The position numbers and the translations under genes were made by a program. From Octopus sinensis (taxonomy: Eukaryota), in assembly GCF_006345805.1 (NCBI RefSeq), contig NW_021828968.1:1-6910 (forward strand): 6,910 nucleotides of DNA, read 5' to 3'. A model generated the notes under the pieces. That model was not told the origin of the DNA. It saw only the letters and a list, made by a program, of their open reading frames with translations, and searched no databases. Below, one piece after another: positions 6,786 to 6,910 of this stretch (positions are counted from its first letter, which is position 1; the number at the start of each line of letters is the position of its first letter).

Positions 6786-6910
6786 ATTTTCCGTCTGTTT
6801 AGTTTCCTTGACAAGTATGGAATCTATTTTAAAATAGCTTCAGATGGACCAGTCGTGGGTAAAACGGCGGCCAACGAGTCTTTCTGATGGCACGCTTAAC
6901 GGAAAAATAC

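Overview
Non-genic or intronic, repeat-saturated eukaryotic DNA. The SINE families and the extreme (AT)n/(CA)n/(GATA)n density point to an octopod cephalopod (Octopus-like); this rests on my recall of the families, not a search. No complete gene is present, and most ORFs in the track are microsatellite artefacts. Supported content: (1) three copies of one tRNA-derived SINE family ('SINE-A'); (2) an antisense copy of a second tRNA-derived SINE ('SINE-B'); (3) a decayed DD37D (maT-type) Tc1/mariner transposase split by a nested SINE-A/SINE-B insertion; (4) a 27 x 30-bp minisatellite at 2941-3750; (5) a minimal type-I hammerhead-ribozyme-like motif at 128-162, of the kind carried by Penelope-like elements, sitting between (AT)n tracts; (6) a possible minus-strand coding exon at 3752-4040. 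The most curious items are the hammerhead motif(s) and the minisatellite, which is stop-free in one frame on each strand and repeats a near-consensus 5' splice site on the minus strand.
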